Both the position numbers and the translations under genes were made by a program. A stretch of 64,000 nucleotides of DNA from Spirochaetia bacterium (GTDB taxonomy: Bacteria; Spirochaetota; Spirochaetia; DSM-2461). Every line of letters starts with the position of its first letter. Within the stretch, counting starts at the first letter, position 1. Shown in pieces: positions 29,529 through 39,611 of the stretch. The notes under the pieces were generated by a model that saw nothing but the letters and a program-made list of their open reading frames with translations, searched no databases and had not been told where the DNA came from. Location: NCBI GenBank assembly GCA_963666985.2, contig CAXXIA010000002.1, positions 1,984,001 through 2,048,000 on the forward strand. Direction: 5' to 3'.

Positions 29529-30772
29529 GACTTGAAAAATACACCATGGGCTGCGGCGACCGCTTCGCTCGGGAAGCCTCGGCCCAGCTTGCCGCTTATG
29601 AAAAAACGGCCGCCGAAGGCCGAATCGTCGTTCCCGTCTGGAATAAATCAAACCGCGAACACGATATTGTCGGTTCCGAACCGCCTTCGGTCGGCAAAGC
29701 CGCCGAAGCGGCCGTAACCGCCGCGAACTGGATGCACGGCTGGCACGTTGATGCCGACCACATCGGCCTGAAAACCGTCGACCGCTATCTTGAGTCTTCC
29801 GATTTTTTCACCATGGATGTGGCCGACGGCATCGGAGGTGAGGTGGATGATTCCGATGTCGCCTACTTTCTGAAAAAGCGTTCCAACCTCGTCGGAGAAT
29901 CCGTGAATATCGCCGGGCTTCCCGAACCCATCGTTATCCCTCGGGATAAAGCCGAACAGATCGTGCGAAAATATCTTCCGGCGGTGAAGGCGGCCGGAGC
30001 GATTTACCGGCACATCCTCAACGCCCAAGGGGAAGGAGCCTTTATCCCTGAAATCTCCATGGATGAAACCGATATCCCTCAAGGGCCCGCCGAGCTTCTT
30101 CTTATCCTCGCGGCCGTCGCCGACGAGGATATTCCGATACAGACCATCGCTCCCCGGTTTTCCGGACGCTTCAATAAAGGCGTTGAATACATCGGCGATC
30201 CGGCCGCCTTCGGAGCCGAGTTCGAAGCCGATATTCTTGTTCTTCGTTATGCCGTCGAAGCCTTCGGACTCCCGGAGAACCTCAAGCTCAGCGTCCATTC
30301 GGGATCGGATAAATTCGCCATCTACCCCGAAATCGGCAGACTCATCCGCAAGCATGATGCGGGAGTCCACGTGAAAACCGCGGGAACCACCTGGCTTGAA
30401 GAAGTTATCGGTCTGGCCGAAGCCGGAGGAAGCGGTCTGGATTTGGCGAAAAACGTCTACGCGGAAGCATACTGCAAAAGAGAGGAACTCTGCGCGCCCT
30501 ATGCCGAGGTTATCGACATCGAAGATTCCCGGCTTCCCTTACCGGACGAGGTGAACGGCTGGGACGCCGAACACTTTGTGCGGACGATGCGGCATGTTCC
30601 CGATGAACTCTACAACCCGGATTTCCGGCAGCTTATCCACGTCGGCTATAAAGTCGCCGCCAAAATGGGAGACCGGTATCTCGGCGCTTTGGAAGAGCAC
30701 CGGGAAGCGGTTTCCCGAAACGTGACGGAGAACCTGTACGATCGCCACCTGAAGCCTCTGTTTCTGGACTGA
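29525..30772 (+). CDS. uxaE: Tagaturonate/fructuronate epimerase
   Basis: GDRF, DADH, EISMDE, KLSVHSGSDKF, HVKTAGTTWLE. Confidence 0.9.
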   Translation: MRLEKYTMGCGDRFAREASAQLAAYEKTAAEGRIVVPVWNKSNREHDIVGSEPPSVGKAAEAAVTAANWMHGWHVDADHIGLKTVDRYLESSDFFTMDVADGIGGEVDDSDVAYFLKKRSNLVGESVNIAGLPEPIVIPRDKAEQIVRKYLPAVKAAGAIYRHILNAQGEGAFIPEISMDETDIPQGPAELLLILAAVADEDIPIQTIAPRFSGRFNKGVEYIGDPAAFGAEFEADILVLRYAVEAFGLPENLKLSVHSGSDKFAIYPEIGRLIRKHDAGVHVKTAGTTWLEEVIGLAEAGGSGLDLAKNVYAEAYCKREELCAPYAEVIDIEDSRLPLPDEVNGWDAEHFVRTMRHVPDELYNPDFRQLIHVGYKVAAKMGDRYLGALEEHREAVSRNVTENLYDRHLKPLFLD

Positions 30773-31018
30773 GAAAAGGCTGAAAAACGCGGCGGCGTTG
30801 GCCTGCCGGTGCGGGCACTCGTTCGGGAACTTTCGCCGGAAGGTCGCAATAGGCCGGGGTGCGGCGCATGAATCTTGAGCCTGCGCTCAGGCCCGGAATA
30901 ATCGCCGATAGCACAGCCTTTTTTGAAGCCGGGGCGCAAAATATTCGAACACTATTCGAAGTCCGCGCTTTCCGGCATCAGGAACCGTGAGTATCCACGT
31001 CCGGTCGAATGCCGCTCC

Positions 31019-33955
31019 TTACTTTTCTTCCGGATACAGCACCGCTTCAACGTAGTTCGAATCATCGAGGTAGCGGCGGGCACTCGCGCTGAGAACTTCC
31101 GGGGTGAGCGTATCATAAAGCGCCGGCCGGTCTTCCATGTCGTGAATGTTCTGACCGGTGACGACCGCGAAGACGATTTGCCCCAACCACCAGGAGTTCA
31201 TCTCAAGGCTTTTCTCAAAACTTCTCTTCTGGCTCGCCGCGGTATCCGCGGCGTATTTTTCTTCCGGAAGCGCTGTGCGCCAGGAGCAGACGAGTTCCTT
31301 GACGCGGCCTGTCAGCTCATCGACGCGTTCGGGAGCGCAGGAATACTGCACGATAAAACGGTAATCGGTAATCGGCATGGATTTCAGATGTGCGTAAACA
31401 CCCACCGAGTAGGTTCCGCCGGAATCCTCGCGGATGGTGTTGGTGAACATCATCTCCATGGCGGCCGCGAGGGATTGAAGCCTGTAGCGTTCCTGAAAGG
31501 AGCCGTTCCAATCGCCGGTCCAGATTTGCGTAACGATGCTTAAGGGTTCGCTTCCCGCATTGAGTGAAACGTCTCGGACGCCCTCCACGTTCCGCATGCC
31601 GCGGTCCCGCCACAATTCTCGTGAACCGAATCCCGCGCCCGCGAAGCGGGCTTCGTTTTCCATAACGAAACCGGCCCGGGAGGCCGGGCGGGATGAGGGA
31701 AGAGAACTGCCGTCGATGGAGGAGGGGAGAGAGGCTATCCACGTTTTTACGAGCGGTTCCAGTTCTTCGGCCGTTACATCACCGATGAAGATGTAAGTGA
31801 AGTCGCCGGCGTCGGCAAATCTGTCACGGTAGATATCCAGAGCCGTATCCAGATCGGCTTGGCCCAGATCATCCAAAGTGATGGGACGAATCCGGGGATG
31901 ATCGCTGAAGACGGTTTCCCAGACCAGATCGTCATAAAGGGTTTTCGGCGAAGATGCGCGGTTCCGCAGGCTTTCGGCCGTTCGGTTCATGAAGGCATTC
32001 CAGGCGGTCTCATCCCGTCTCGGCGCGGTCTGCTGGAGATAGATGAGCTGCATCAGCGTTTCAAGGTCCCTCTTCGAAGCGTTTCCGCTCAGTCCCTCGT
32101 GCGTTCCGTAAATGAACGGTTCGATGTCCAGGGTTTTTCCGGCGAGATTCTTTCGGAGATCAACAAGCGAAAAATCGCCCAAGCCTCCCTGCGAAACGGC
32201 GTCGGCGGCGTATTGCGCGGAAACATACTCAGAGTCATCCACCAAAGAGGTGCCTCCCGGACTGACGGCTTGGAAGAGGATTTCGTCTTCTTTAAAGTCG
32301 GTGGTTTTCAGCAGCACCACCGCGCCGTTGGAAAGCACCCAGGTTTGAATCCCGGTACCCTCGATTTCCGAACGCGAGATGATTTTCCCCGGTGCGGGCG
32401 TCTCTTCCACAAGGGGGCCCGCGGCGGACGAATCTTCCCAGGGCTCAATCTCGGCGGTTTGAGTCCGTTCCAGGACGTCCCGGATTTCACTCTCTGATAT
32501 ATCCGTAATGGCCGGAACCGACGGCCCTTTAACGAGAACCACGCGGTTCTTTTCGGTAAGAAGAGTATCGGCGACAGCCTGCACGTCTTTCAGACCGATG
32601 CCGGGCAGAAGATCCTGAACCGTATTCCATTGCCAGTCGATGGAGGGGTAGGAGTCGTCCATGAGATACGCATCCAGAAGGATATCGACGATGGAGGATG
32701 ATTCCATATCGTCTCTCTGCCGCCAGAAATTCTCGAAAGATCCGGTGAAATCCTCTTTGGCCCGTGTCAGTTCGCTCTCCGTAAATCCGTACCGCCGGGT
32801 CCGCTCGGCCTCGGTAAGAACGGCCTCCAAACCGCCGAGCGCTTCATCTTCGGGGATGGCCGCGGCCAGTCCCGCCAGGGATGTTTTCGGTGTGTAAGTC
32901 GTTGAAAAACCGTAGCCGTAGAGGAACGGAGGATCTTCGCTGCGGCTCAATTCCGACAGACGGTTATTGAGCATCCGGTAGAAAAGACTTTCCGCGAGTT
33001 CCTGCTTAATCTGGGGCCGGAATCGAGCCTCGGGCGGATCGTACTTCACATAAACTTGAACGCTCGCCCCGGTCGCCTCCGGATCGTGGATGACTTTTAT
33101 CAGCGTTTCATCGTGATCGGGAATGGGATATTCGGGCCTGGGCCGCGGATTTTGCGGATTTGGATGACCCCCGAAGCGCGCCTTGATCAGCCGAACCGTT
33201 TCCTCCGGGTCAAAGTCTCCGACGGCGATAACGGCCATCAAATCGGGCCGATACCAGTCGCTGTAGAAGCGGAGCAGAGTCTCCGGCGGTGCGTTGGCGA
33301 CAATATCCATGTCGCCGATGGGCTTTCTTTCCGCGTAGCGGGAACCCCGAAAGAGAACGGGATAAACCTCGTCCTGCATTCTGGTCTCCGCGCTTCGGCC
33401 CATGCGCCATTCTTCCTGGATAACGCCGCGTTCCTTCTCGACTTCCTCCGCGTCGAAGGTCGCATGGAAAGCCCATTGCTCCAGAACGTCGAGACCCAGA
33501 AGGAACTGATCCTTATCTTCACTGCTGACATTGAGCCGGTAGACCGTCTGATCGAAGGATGTGTAGGCATTAATCTCCGGACCGAATTCCATGCCGAAGG
33601 ATTCCAGAACATCCACGAGTTCCCGGCCGGGAAATTTTTCGGTTCCGTTGAAGAGCATATGCTCGACGAAATGGGCCAGACCGCGCTGGTCTTCATCCTC
33701 CAGGGTTGAACCGGCCTTTACCGCCAGGCGCAGTTCGGCCATGCCGGCGGGTTTGTCGTTGGAGCGAACGTAGTAGGTCAGTCCGTTCTCCAATGTCCCG
33801 GTGAGAACGTCCGGATCGTTGGGAATAAGATCTTCGCTTTGGGCCCTGGCGAAGAGGGAAGCGGCGAACACGATGAAAAGAACAGGAAAAGCAAGTATGC
33901 GTCGAGCGTGAGGGGTCATGACATAGAATATAGATCGTTCCGGGAAAAGCGACAA
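31019..33955 (-). CDS. M16 family zinc protease (PqqL-like), exported; start may be 33919
   Basis: GLAHFVEH inverted zinc motif, NAYTS, WYRPD; signal peptide. Confidence 0.92.
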   Translation of the reverse strand: MSLFPERSIFYVMTPHARRILAFPVLFIVFAASLFARAQSEDLIPNDPDVLTGTLENGLTYYVRSNDKPAGMAELRLAVKAGSTLEDEDQRGLAHFVEHMLFNGTEKFPGRELVDVLESFGMEFGPEINAYTSFDQTVYRLNVSSEDKDQFLLGLDVLEQWAFHATFDAEEVEKERGVIQEEWRMGRSAETRMQDEVYPVLFRGSRYAERKPIGDMDIVANAPPETLLRFYSDWYRPDLMAVIAVGDFDPEETVRLIKARFGGHPNPQNPRPRPEYPIPDHDETLIKVIHDPEATGASVQVYVKYDPPEARFRPQIKQELAESLFYRMLNNRLSELSRSEDPPFLYGYGFSTTYTPKTSLAGLAAAIPEDEALGGLEAVLTEAERTRRYGFTESELTRAKEDFTGSFENFWRQRDDMESSSIVDILLDAYLMDDSYPSIDWQWNTVQDLLPGIGLKDVQAVADTLLTEKNRVVLVKGPSVPAITDISESEIRDVLERTQTAEIEPWEDSSAAGPLVEETPAPGKIISRSEIEGTGIQTWVLSNGAVVLLKTTDFKEDEILFQAVSPGGTSLVDDSEYVSAQYAADAVSQGGLGDFSLVDLRKNLAGKTLDIEPFIYGTHEGLSGNASKRDLETLMQLIYLQQTAPRRDETAWNAFMNRTAESLRNRASSPKTLYDDLVWETVFSDHPRIRPITLDDLGQADLDTALDIYRDRFADAGDFTYIFIGDVTAEELEPLVKTWIASLPSSIDGSSLPSSRPASRAGFVMENEARFAGAGFGSRELWRDRGMRNVEGVRDVSLNAGSEPLSIVTQIWTGDWNGSFQERYRLQSLAAAMEMMFTNTIREDSGGTYSVGVYAHLKSMPITDYRFIVQYSCAPERVDELTGRVKELVCSWRTALPEEKYAADTAASQKRSFEKSLEMNSWWLGQIVFAVVTGQNIHDMEDRPALYDTLTPEVLSASARRYLDDSNYVEAVLYPEEK

Positions 33956-34009
33956 ATGACAGTTCCGAAAGGGATCTTCTTTGTCCCGGTTCTATACGGT
34001 ACTCCTCGG

Positions 34010-34258
34010 TTACCAGCTGGCCCCGGCGTCGATGGACTTGGCGAACTTCAGATTCCCGTTTGTATTGTCAAGATAGCTGATGTAGACATTGTTACCATTA
34101 GCGGCCAGAGAAGTGTACTGACCGACATCGCCTGTTGAATCAACCGTCTGAATCCCCGTCCAGAGTCCGGAGCCGGGATTGGCGGAGCCTGTATCACAGC
34201 CCGCAAGAAAAATCACCGAAATCGCTACGGTTATTAAAAAACAGAGTTTGACTTTCAC
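34010..34258 (-). CDS. Small lipoprotein with a single beta-propeller blade/BNR repeat (possibly truncated)
   Basis: Lipobox LAGC; TVDSTGDVGQYTSLA..ISY.D.TNGNLKFA and Asp-box SIDAGASW. Confidence 0.55.
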   Translation of the reverse strand: MKVKLCFLITVAISVIFLAGCDTGSANPGSGLWTGIQTVDSTGDVGQYTSLAANGNNVYISYLDNTNGNLKFAKSIDAGASW

Positions 34259-34409
34259 GGCTTGTCTCCTTGAGAATCGCTGATCTGCCAAAACGGAGTC
34301 CAGCACGTTTTTAGGAGAAGTATATCAAGAGGGCGTGTTGTATTACTACGGATTAATATGAGCTTCAACGTAATGTCTGTCCGCTTTGAAATCCAAGCAG
34401 GCTTTCATT

Positions 34410-35259
34410 TTAATTCCGCCCACAGTGTTCGGCATCTTTTTCGCCGAGCAAATTTCCGATGTGTTTGGTTTCAAAAAACATTTTTCTATTTGCTAGGACG
34501 ATGAATACGGCGGCAAGGGCAATGATGAATGTTTCAATGCATTTTGTTTGCGGAGTCATGGCAATTTTTTCTTGAAGAAAATTCACGAATAAATGAAACA
34601 CGATACAGGCAAGCATGCTGCGGTTGTTTTTTACATACACCCATGTTGTTAAAAATCCCAGCGGGATAACACTTATTAAGAAATTGACGGCATAACCGGT
34701 TCCCAGGTGAGCAAGACCCGAATGATATGTTCCATTGATGAAGAAAAGCGGAAGATGCCAAAGAGACCAGATAAAACCAAAAATGATGGATTCTCGAAAC
34801 CAACTGCAATATTCGGCGATGGAATCTTCTCCGTATCCTCGCCAGCCGACTTCTTCAATAACGGAGGCCAGTAAGATTGTGAGAAGAGCCGAGACGCCTT
34901 TAATGGAAAACGAAAAACCTTCGGTTAATGAAAACTGATTAATGGATTGGCCGAACAACACAGAGACAAGGATTGAAATCGCCACAATGATAAAAAAAAG
35001 AACAACGGCCAAGATGATATTCGTCAATTTTATGCGATAAAATCCCCAAATCTTGCGTTTCAGATCAAGCTTCAAGTTTTTGCTCTTTGAGAAAAGAACC
35101 ATAATTACCGCGGTAACCGCCGGAACAAAAAGTCCCAACGACATAACCGCCAGTGCCATATCGCTGTTTCGGATGAACATGGACATTATCCAAAAAAGCC
35201 ATGTGAATCCGAAAACAAATAAATAAAATCGAACAGGACGATATTTATATTTTTTCCAT
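34410..35259 (-). CDS. CPBP (CAAX/Abi) intramembrane glutamic protease; +1 frameshift in an A6 run just after the likely start
   Basis: EEVGWRG, WSLWH, FH motifs; ATG 35259 is out of frame by one base. Confidence 0.85.
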
Positions 35260-35403
35260 TTTTATCTTCCGGCTTTTAAGATTCAATGTGGAAATGCCGC
35301 CGATTAGTGTAACACGGTTTAAGTATGGAAATGATTAGAAAATGATTATATGCGGATTCTTATGAGAAATCTTCCGGGCTTAATCGGGTTAATCGGCGGC
35401 CTC

Positions 35404-37287
35404 TCATCCGAAAACCGGATTGAACGCCGTTTCCAGAAGCTGTTTCGTGTAGGGATGCTGCGGGGCTTCAAACACCCGGGCGGCCGGACCGCTTTCCACG
35501 ATTTTTCCGTTTTTCATCACCGCGATTTCATGGCAAAGGTCGCGGACCACGGCCATGTCGTGGCTGATGAAGAGGTAGCTCAGGTTGTGGCGGGCCTGGA
35601 GTGTTTTAAGCAGTTCAATCACCTGGAACTGGATGGAGCGGTCCAGGGAACTGGTGGGTTCGTCCAGAACGATGAGCCGGGGCTTCAGGACCAGGGCCCT
35701 CGCCAGGGCGATGCGCTGCCGTTGTCCGCCGGAGAACTGATGGGGGTAGCGGCCCTTGAGTGAAGGATCGAGTCCCACTTCCAGCATGGCCTCTTCGATG
35801 AGTTGCCCGCGATTGTTCTTCTTTCCGATATTGTGGATTTCCAGGCCTTCACCGATGATGCGTTCCACCGAAAGGCGCGGGCTGAGGCTTCCGAAGGGGT
35901 CCTGAAAGATAATCTGGATTTCCTTCCGGAGCGGCCTCATGGCGCCGCGGTCGAGTCCGTTGAGGGATTGGCCGCCGTAGACGATGTCGCCCTCGCTGGT
36001 TTCCAGTCTGAGAAGGGCTTTGCCCAGAGTGGTTTTTCCCGAGCCGCTTTCGCCGACCACGCCCAGGGTTTGCCCTTCACGGATAGCGGCGCTTATTCCA
36101 TCCACGGCTTTTATGAATCCGACGGTTTTTCTGAAGAATCCCCGCTGTATGGGGAAGTGGACTTTCAGGTCGCGGAATTCGGCGAGGATGGGTTTTGTGG
36201 TGTCCAGTGCCGGAGAAACTTCGCCCGGTTCGGCGTCCAGCAGGGATTTTGTGTAAGGATGAGAGGGCGCGGCGAACACGTTCGCGGTTTTGCCTTCCTC
36301 GACGATGTCGCCGTTGCGCATAACGGCCACGCGTTCGGCGAAGCGGCCGACGATGCTCAAATCATGGGTAATGAAGAGGACGGCCATGCCGGTTTCGGCC
36401 TGGAGTTTTTTGATGAGGGTGAGGACTTCGGCCTGTATGGTAACGTCCAGGGCTGTGGTGGGTTCGTCGGCGATAAGGATTTTGGGGTGATTGATCATGG
36501 CCAGGGCGATCATGACCCTCTGACGCTCGCCGCCCGAGAGCTGGTGCGGGTATGCGTTCAGGCGTTTCTCGGCGTCGCGCAGTCCGACGCGGTTCAGCCA
36601 GTCCAGGGCGAGCGGGGCGGCCTCGGCCGACGGGAGCCGCCTGTGCAGGAGCACCGATTCTGTCAGCTGCTTTTGAATGGTGTGCAGCGGGTTCAGGGAG
36701 GTCATCGGTTCCTGGAAAATCATGCCCGCGTTGTTGCCGCGGACGGAGCGGAGGTCGGCTTCGGAGGCCTCAAGGACGGAGATGCCGTCGAAGTGAATGC
36801 TTCCGCCGGTGTAGGCCACCAGGGATTCGGGGTAGAGGCGGAGTACGGACTGCGCGGTAACGGTTTTGCCCGATCCGCTTTCGCCGACGAGCGCCAGGGT
36901 TTCTCCGGCGGAGAGATCCAAGTCTATGCCGTGAACGACTTCGTTCAGTTCGTCCCCTTTGCGGAAGGCGATGCGCAGTCCGCGGATGGAAAGGAGGGGG
37001 GTGTTGTTTTCAGCAGGCTCGGTCTGTTGCGGTGGGGATGAGGAGTTCCGCCGGTTTCCTGTATCTTCCGCGGATTGCGCGCCGTTTTTAATCGGCTCGG
37101 TTGGCGGCTTGGGCTGATCGGAATTGGTGCCGCCGACCGGGAATGGCGCTTCGCCGGTTGTGCCGCTCGCGGAAGTACCGGGGGCTGTGGGGCATCGACC
37201 GGCTCCCTTCCGGCTGTCGGAAGAGCCGCCGCCGATACCGTCCGGAATAAACCGAATTCGCGCCCAGGGGTCATCCAAATACATCAT
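35404..37287 (-). CDS. yejF: Peptide ABC transporter, fused double ATPase (YejF-like)
   Basis: Two GESGSGKT and two SGG.RQR motifs; ATGA overlap with upstream permease. Confidence 0.9.
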   Translation of the reverse strand: MMYLDDPWARIRFIPDGIGGGSSDSRKGAGRCPTAPGTSASGTTGEAPFPVGGTNSDQPKPPTEPIKNGAQSAEDTGNRRNSSSPPQQTEPAENNTPLLSIRGLRIAFRKGDELNEVVHGIDLDLSAGETLALVGESGSGKTVTAQSVLRLYPESLVAYTGGSIHFDGISVLEASEADLRSVRGNNAGMIFQEPMTSLNPLHTIQKQLTESVLLHRRLPSAEAAPLALDWLNRVGLRDAEKRLNAYPHQLSGGERQRVMIALAMINHPKILIADEPTTALDVTIQAEVLTLIKKLQAETGMAVLFITHDLSIVGRFAERVAVMRNGDIVEEGKTANVFAAPSHPYTKSLLDAEPGEVSPALDTTKPILAEFRDLKVHFPIQRGFFRKTVGFIKAVDGISAAIREGQTLGVVGESGSGKTTLGKALLRLETSEGDIVYGGQSLNGLDRGAMRPLRKEIQIIFQDPFGSLSPRLSVERIIGEGLEIHNIGKKNNRGQLIEEAMLEVGLDPSLKGRYPHQFSGGQRQRIALARALVLKPRLIVLDEPTSSLDRSIQFQVIELLKTLQARHNLSYLFISHDMAVVRDLCHEIAVMKNGKIVESGPAARVFEAPQHPYTKQLLETAFNPVFG

Positions 37288-38465
37288 ACGGCTTTCCTCG
37301 GATCGAACGCGTCCCGGACGGCTTCTCCGGCGAACACCAGAAGAGCCAGGATGAGGGCCAGAACGGTGAATGCGGTGAGGCCGAGCCACGGTGCCTGGAG
37401 GTTGGCTTTGGCCTGGGCCAGAAGTTCACCCAGGGAGGGGGAGCCGGGCGGCATGCCGAAACCCAGGAAATCCAGGGCGGTGAGCGAGGTGATGGCGCCG
37501 CTTAAGGTGAAGGGCATGAAGGTAAGCGTGGCCACCATGGCGTTGGGCAGAACGTGGCGGTAGATGATGAGCCGGTCGGAGAGACCCATGGCTTTGGCGG
37601 CCAGAACGTATTCGAAGTTCCGGGCCCGCAGGAATTCGGCCCGAACCACGCCGACGAATCCCATCCAGCTGAAGAGAAGCATAATGCCCAAAAGCCACCA
37701 GAAATTCGGCTGGATGACGCTGGAGAGGATAATCAGGATAAAGAGCGTGGGCAGGCTGCCCCAGACTTCAATAAACCGTTGACCCAGGATGTCGAGTTTC
37801 CCGCCGTAATAGCCCATGAAGGCTCCGGCTGAGACGCCGACGACGGAAGAGACGATGGTGAGTGTGAGTCCGAAGAGGACGGAGACCCGGAAGCCGTAGA
37901 TAACACGGGCCAGAACGTCCCGGCCGCGGTCGTCGGTGCCCAGAAGGTTTTCCCGCGTGGGCGGGGAGGGCGCGGGCCGGGGCAGGTTGTAGTTGATGGT
38001 GTTGTAGCTGAACCGGATGGGGGGCCAGAGCATCCAGCCTTGTCCGGTGATGAGTTCCTGTACGTAGGGGTCGCGGTAATCGGCGGTTGTTTCGAATTCG
38101 CCGCCGAAGGCTGTTTCGGGATAATCCGTGAACACCGGGAAGTAGGTGCGTCCGCCGCAGCGGACGATGAGGGGCTTTTCGTTGGCCAGGAACTCGGCGA
38201 AGAGACTCAAGGCGAAAAGGACGCAGAAAATCCAGGCCGAGATGAGGCCGAGTTTGTTGTTTTTGAAGCGGCGGATGCGTTCGGCCGTGAGGGTGTCGGC
38301 CGAGGCGGTGGGGATGGAGCGGGCTGCATCGCCGGGAGCGGCTGGGGGAGCGGTTGTAGTGGAACGGGTGGATGCGGCGTTTTTTGCGGCACCCTTTTTG
38401 CTGTGCTGCCTCTTCGGCCGCGAGCTGACTTTTTCGCGTTCATCCCCGCTGTTCTTACTGTTCAT
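37284..38465 (-). CDS. yejE: Peptide ABC permease (YejE-like)
   Basis: LGTDDRGRDVLAR, YPETAFGG, EAVRDAFDP. Confidence 0.9.
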   Translation of the reverse strand: MNSKNSGDEREKVSSRPKRQHSKKGAAKNAASTRSTTTAPPAAPGDAARSIPTASADTLTAERIRRFKNNKLGLISAWIFCVLFALSLFAEFLANEKPLIVRCGGRTYFPVFTDYPETAFGGEFETTADYRDPYVQELITGQGWMLWPPIRFSYNTINYNLPRPAPSPPTRENLLGTDDRGRDVLARVIYGFRVSVLFGLTLTIVSSVVGVSAGAFMGYYGGKLDILGQRFIEVWGSLPTLFILIILSSVIQPNFWWLLGIMLLFSWMGFVGVVRAEFLRARNFEYVLAAKAMGLSDRLIIYRHVLPNAMVATLTFMPFTLSGAITSLTALDFLGFGMPPGSPSLGELLAQAKANLQAPWLGLTAFTVLALILALLVFAGEAVRDAFDPRKAV

Positions 38466-39610
38466 CAGACGGACCTCCCCTCGAAGTCGATTCGGGGATC
38501 GATCACGGTGTACATCAAATCAGAGATGAGCCCGAGGATGAGTCCCAGCAGGGTGGAGATGTAAAGCGTGCCGAACATCACCGGATAATCGCGCTGCATC
38601 ACCGCTTCCAATCCGAGGAGTCCCAGTCCGTTCAGGGAGAAGATGGTTTCAATGATGGTGGAGGACGTGAAGAGCATGCTGATGAAGGCTCCCGGGAAAC
38701 CGGCGATAACCAGGAGCATGGCGTTTCGGAAAACGTGACCGGCAAGGATTTTCTTCTCGGTCAGACCTTTGGCACGGGCGGTCATAACGTACTGCTTGCC
38801 GATTTCATCCAGGAAGGAGTTTTTCGTCAGCAGCGTCAAAGACGCGAATCCACCGATGAGCATGGCCGTGAGCGGCAGCACCAGATGCCAGAAGTAGTCC
38901 AGGATTTTCATGCCGAAACCGAGGTCTTTCCAGTTTGGTGAAATGAGTCCTCTCAGCGGGAAGATTTTCAGGTAGGACCCCCCGGCGAAGAGAACGATAA
39001 GAAGAATCGCGAACAAAAAGGACGGTACGGCATTGCCGAAAACCACCACGGCACTGGTCCATCGGTCGAATCGGGAACCGTCCCGGACGGCTTTACGAAT
39101 CCCCAGAGGGATGGAAATCAGGTACACCAGCAGCGTAGTCCAGAGTCCCAAGGAAATGGAAACCGGCATGCGTTCCACGATGAGTCCGATAACGCTGCGT
39201 CCTTTAAAGAGACTGTCGCCGAAATCGAATCGCAGATAATCCCGGATCATGTTGAAATAGCGGACGTGAAGCGGTTTATCGAATCCGAAGCGTTTTTCTA
39301 TTTCGGCTATGGTTTCCGGTGCCAAGCCGCGGGCTCCTCGGTAGGAGCTCCCTTTGTCCGTGCCGTTCCCGCCTCCGGTCGCGGAGCCGGATTGATCGGC
39401 GCTTTGCCGGCCCCCCGCACCTCCGGCTTCCATTTGACCGCTTCCCGAGATACGTTCCATCACCATGTTGGAGTTCATGCCCCGTGCTTCGGCCAGGGCC
39501 TGATCCACCGGACCGCCGGGGGCTACCTGAACGATGAAGAAGTTCACCGTGATGATGGCCCAGAGCGTGGGGACTATCAGCAGCAGCCGGCGAAGAATGT
39601 AGGATCCCAA
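38465..39610 (-). CDS. yejB: Peptide ABC permease (YejB-like), TTG start
   Basis: [32 protein letters not shown]. Confidence 0.9.
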   Translation of the reverse strand: MGSYILRRLLLIVPTLWAIITVNFFIVQVAPGGPVDQALAEARGMNSNMVMERISGSGQMEAGGAGGRQSADQSGSATGGGNGTDKGSSYRGARGLAPETIAEIEKRFGFDKPLHVRYFNMIRDYLRFDFGDSLFKGRSVIGLIVERMPVSISLGLWTTLLVYLISIPLGIRKAVRDGSRFDRWTSAVVVFGNAVPSFLFAILLIVLFAGGSYLKIFPLRGLISPNWKDLGFGMKILDYFWHLVLPLTAMLIGGFASLTLLTKNSFLDEIGKQYVMTARAKGLTEKKILAGHVFRNAMLLVIAGFPGAFISMLFTSSTIIETIFSLNGLGLLGLEAVMQRDYPVMFGTLYISTLLGLILGLISDLMYTVIDPRIDFEGRSV

Positions 39611-39611
39611 A

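Noticed and set aside
35803..37041. 412-aa plus-strand ORF
   Set aside because: Antisense shadow of the YejF-like ATPase in GC-rich DNA
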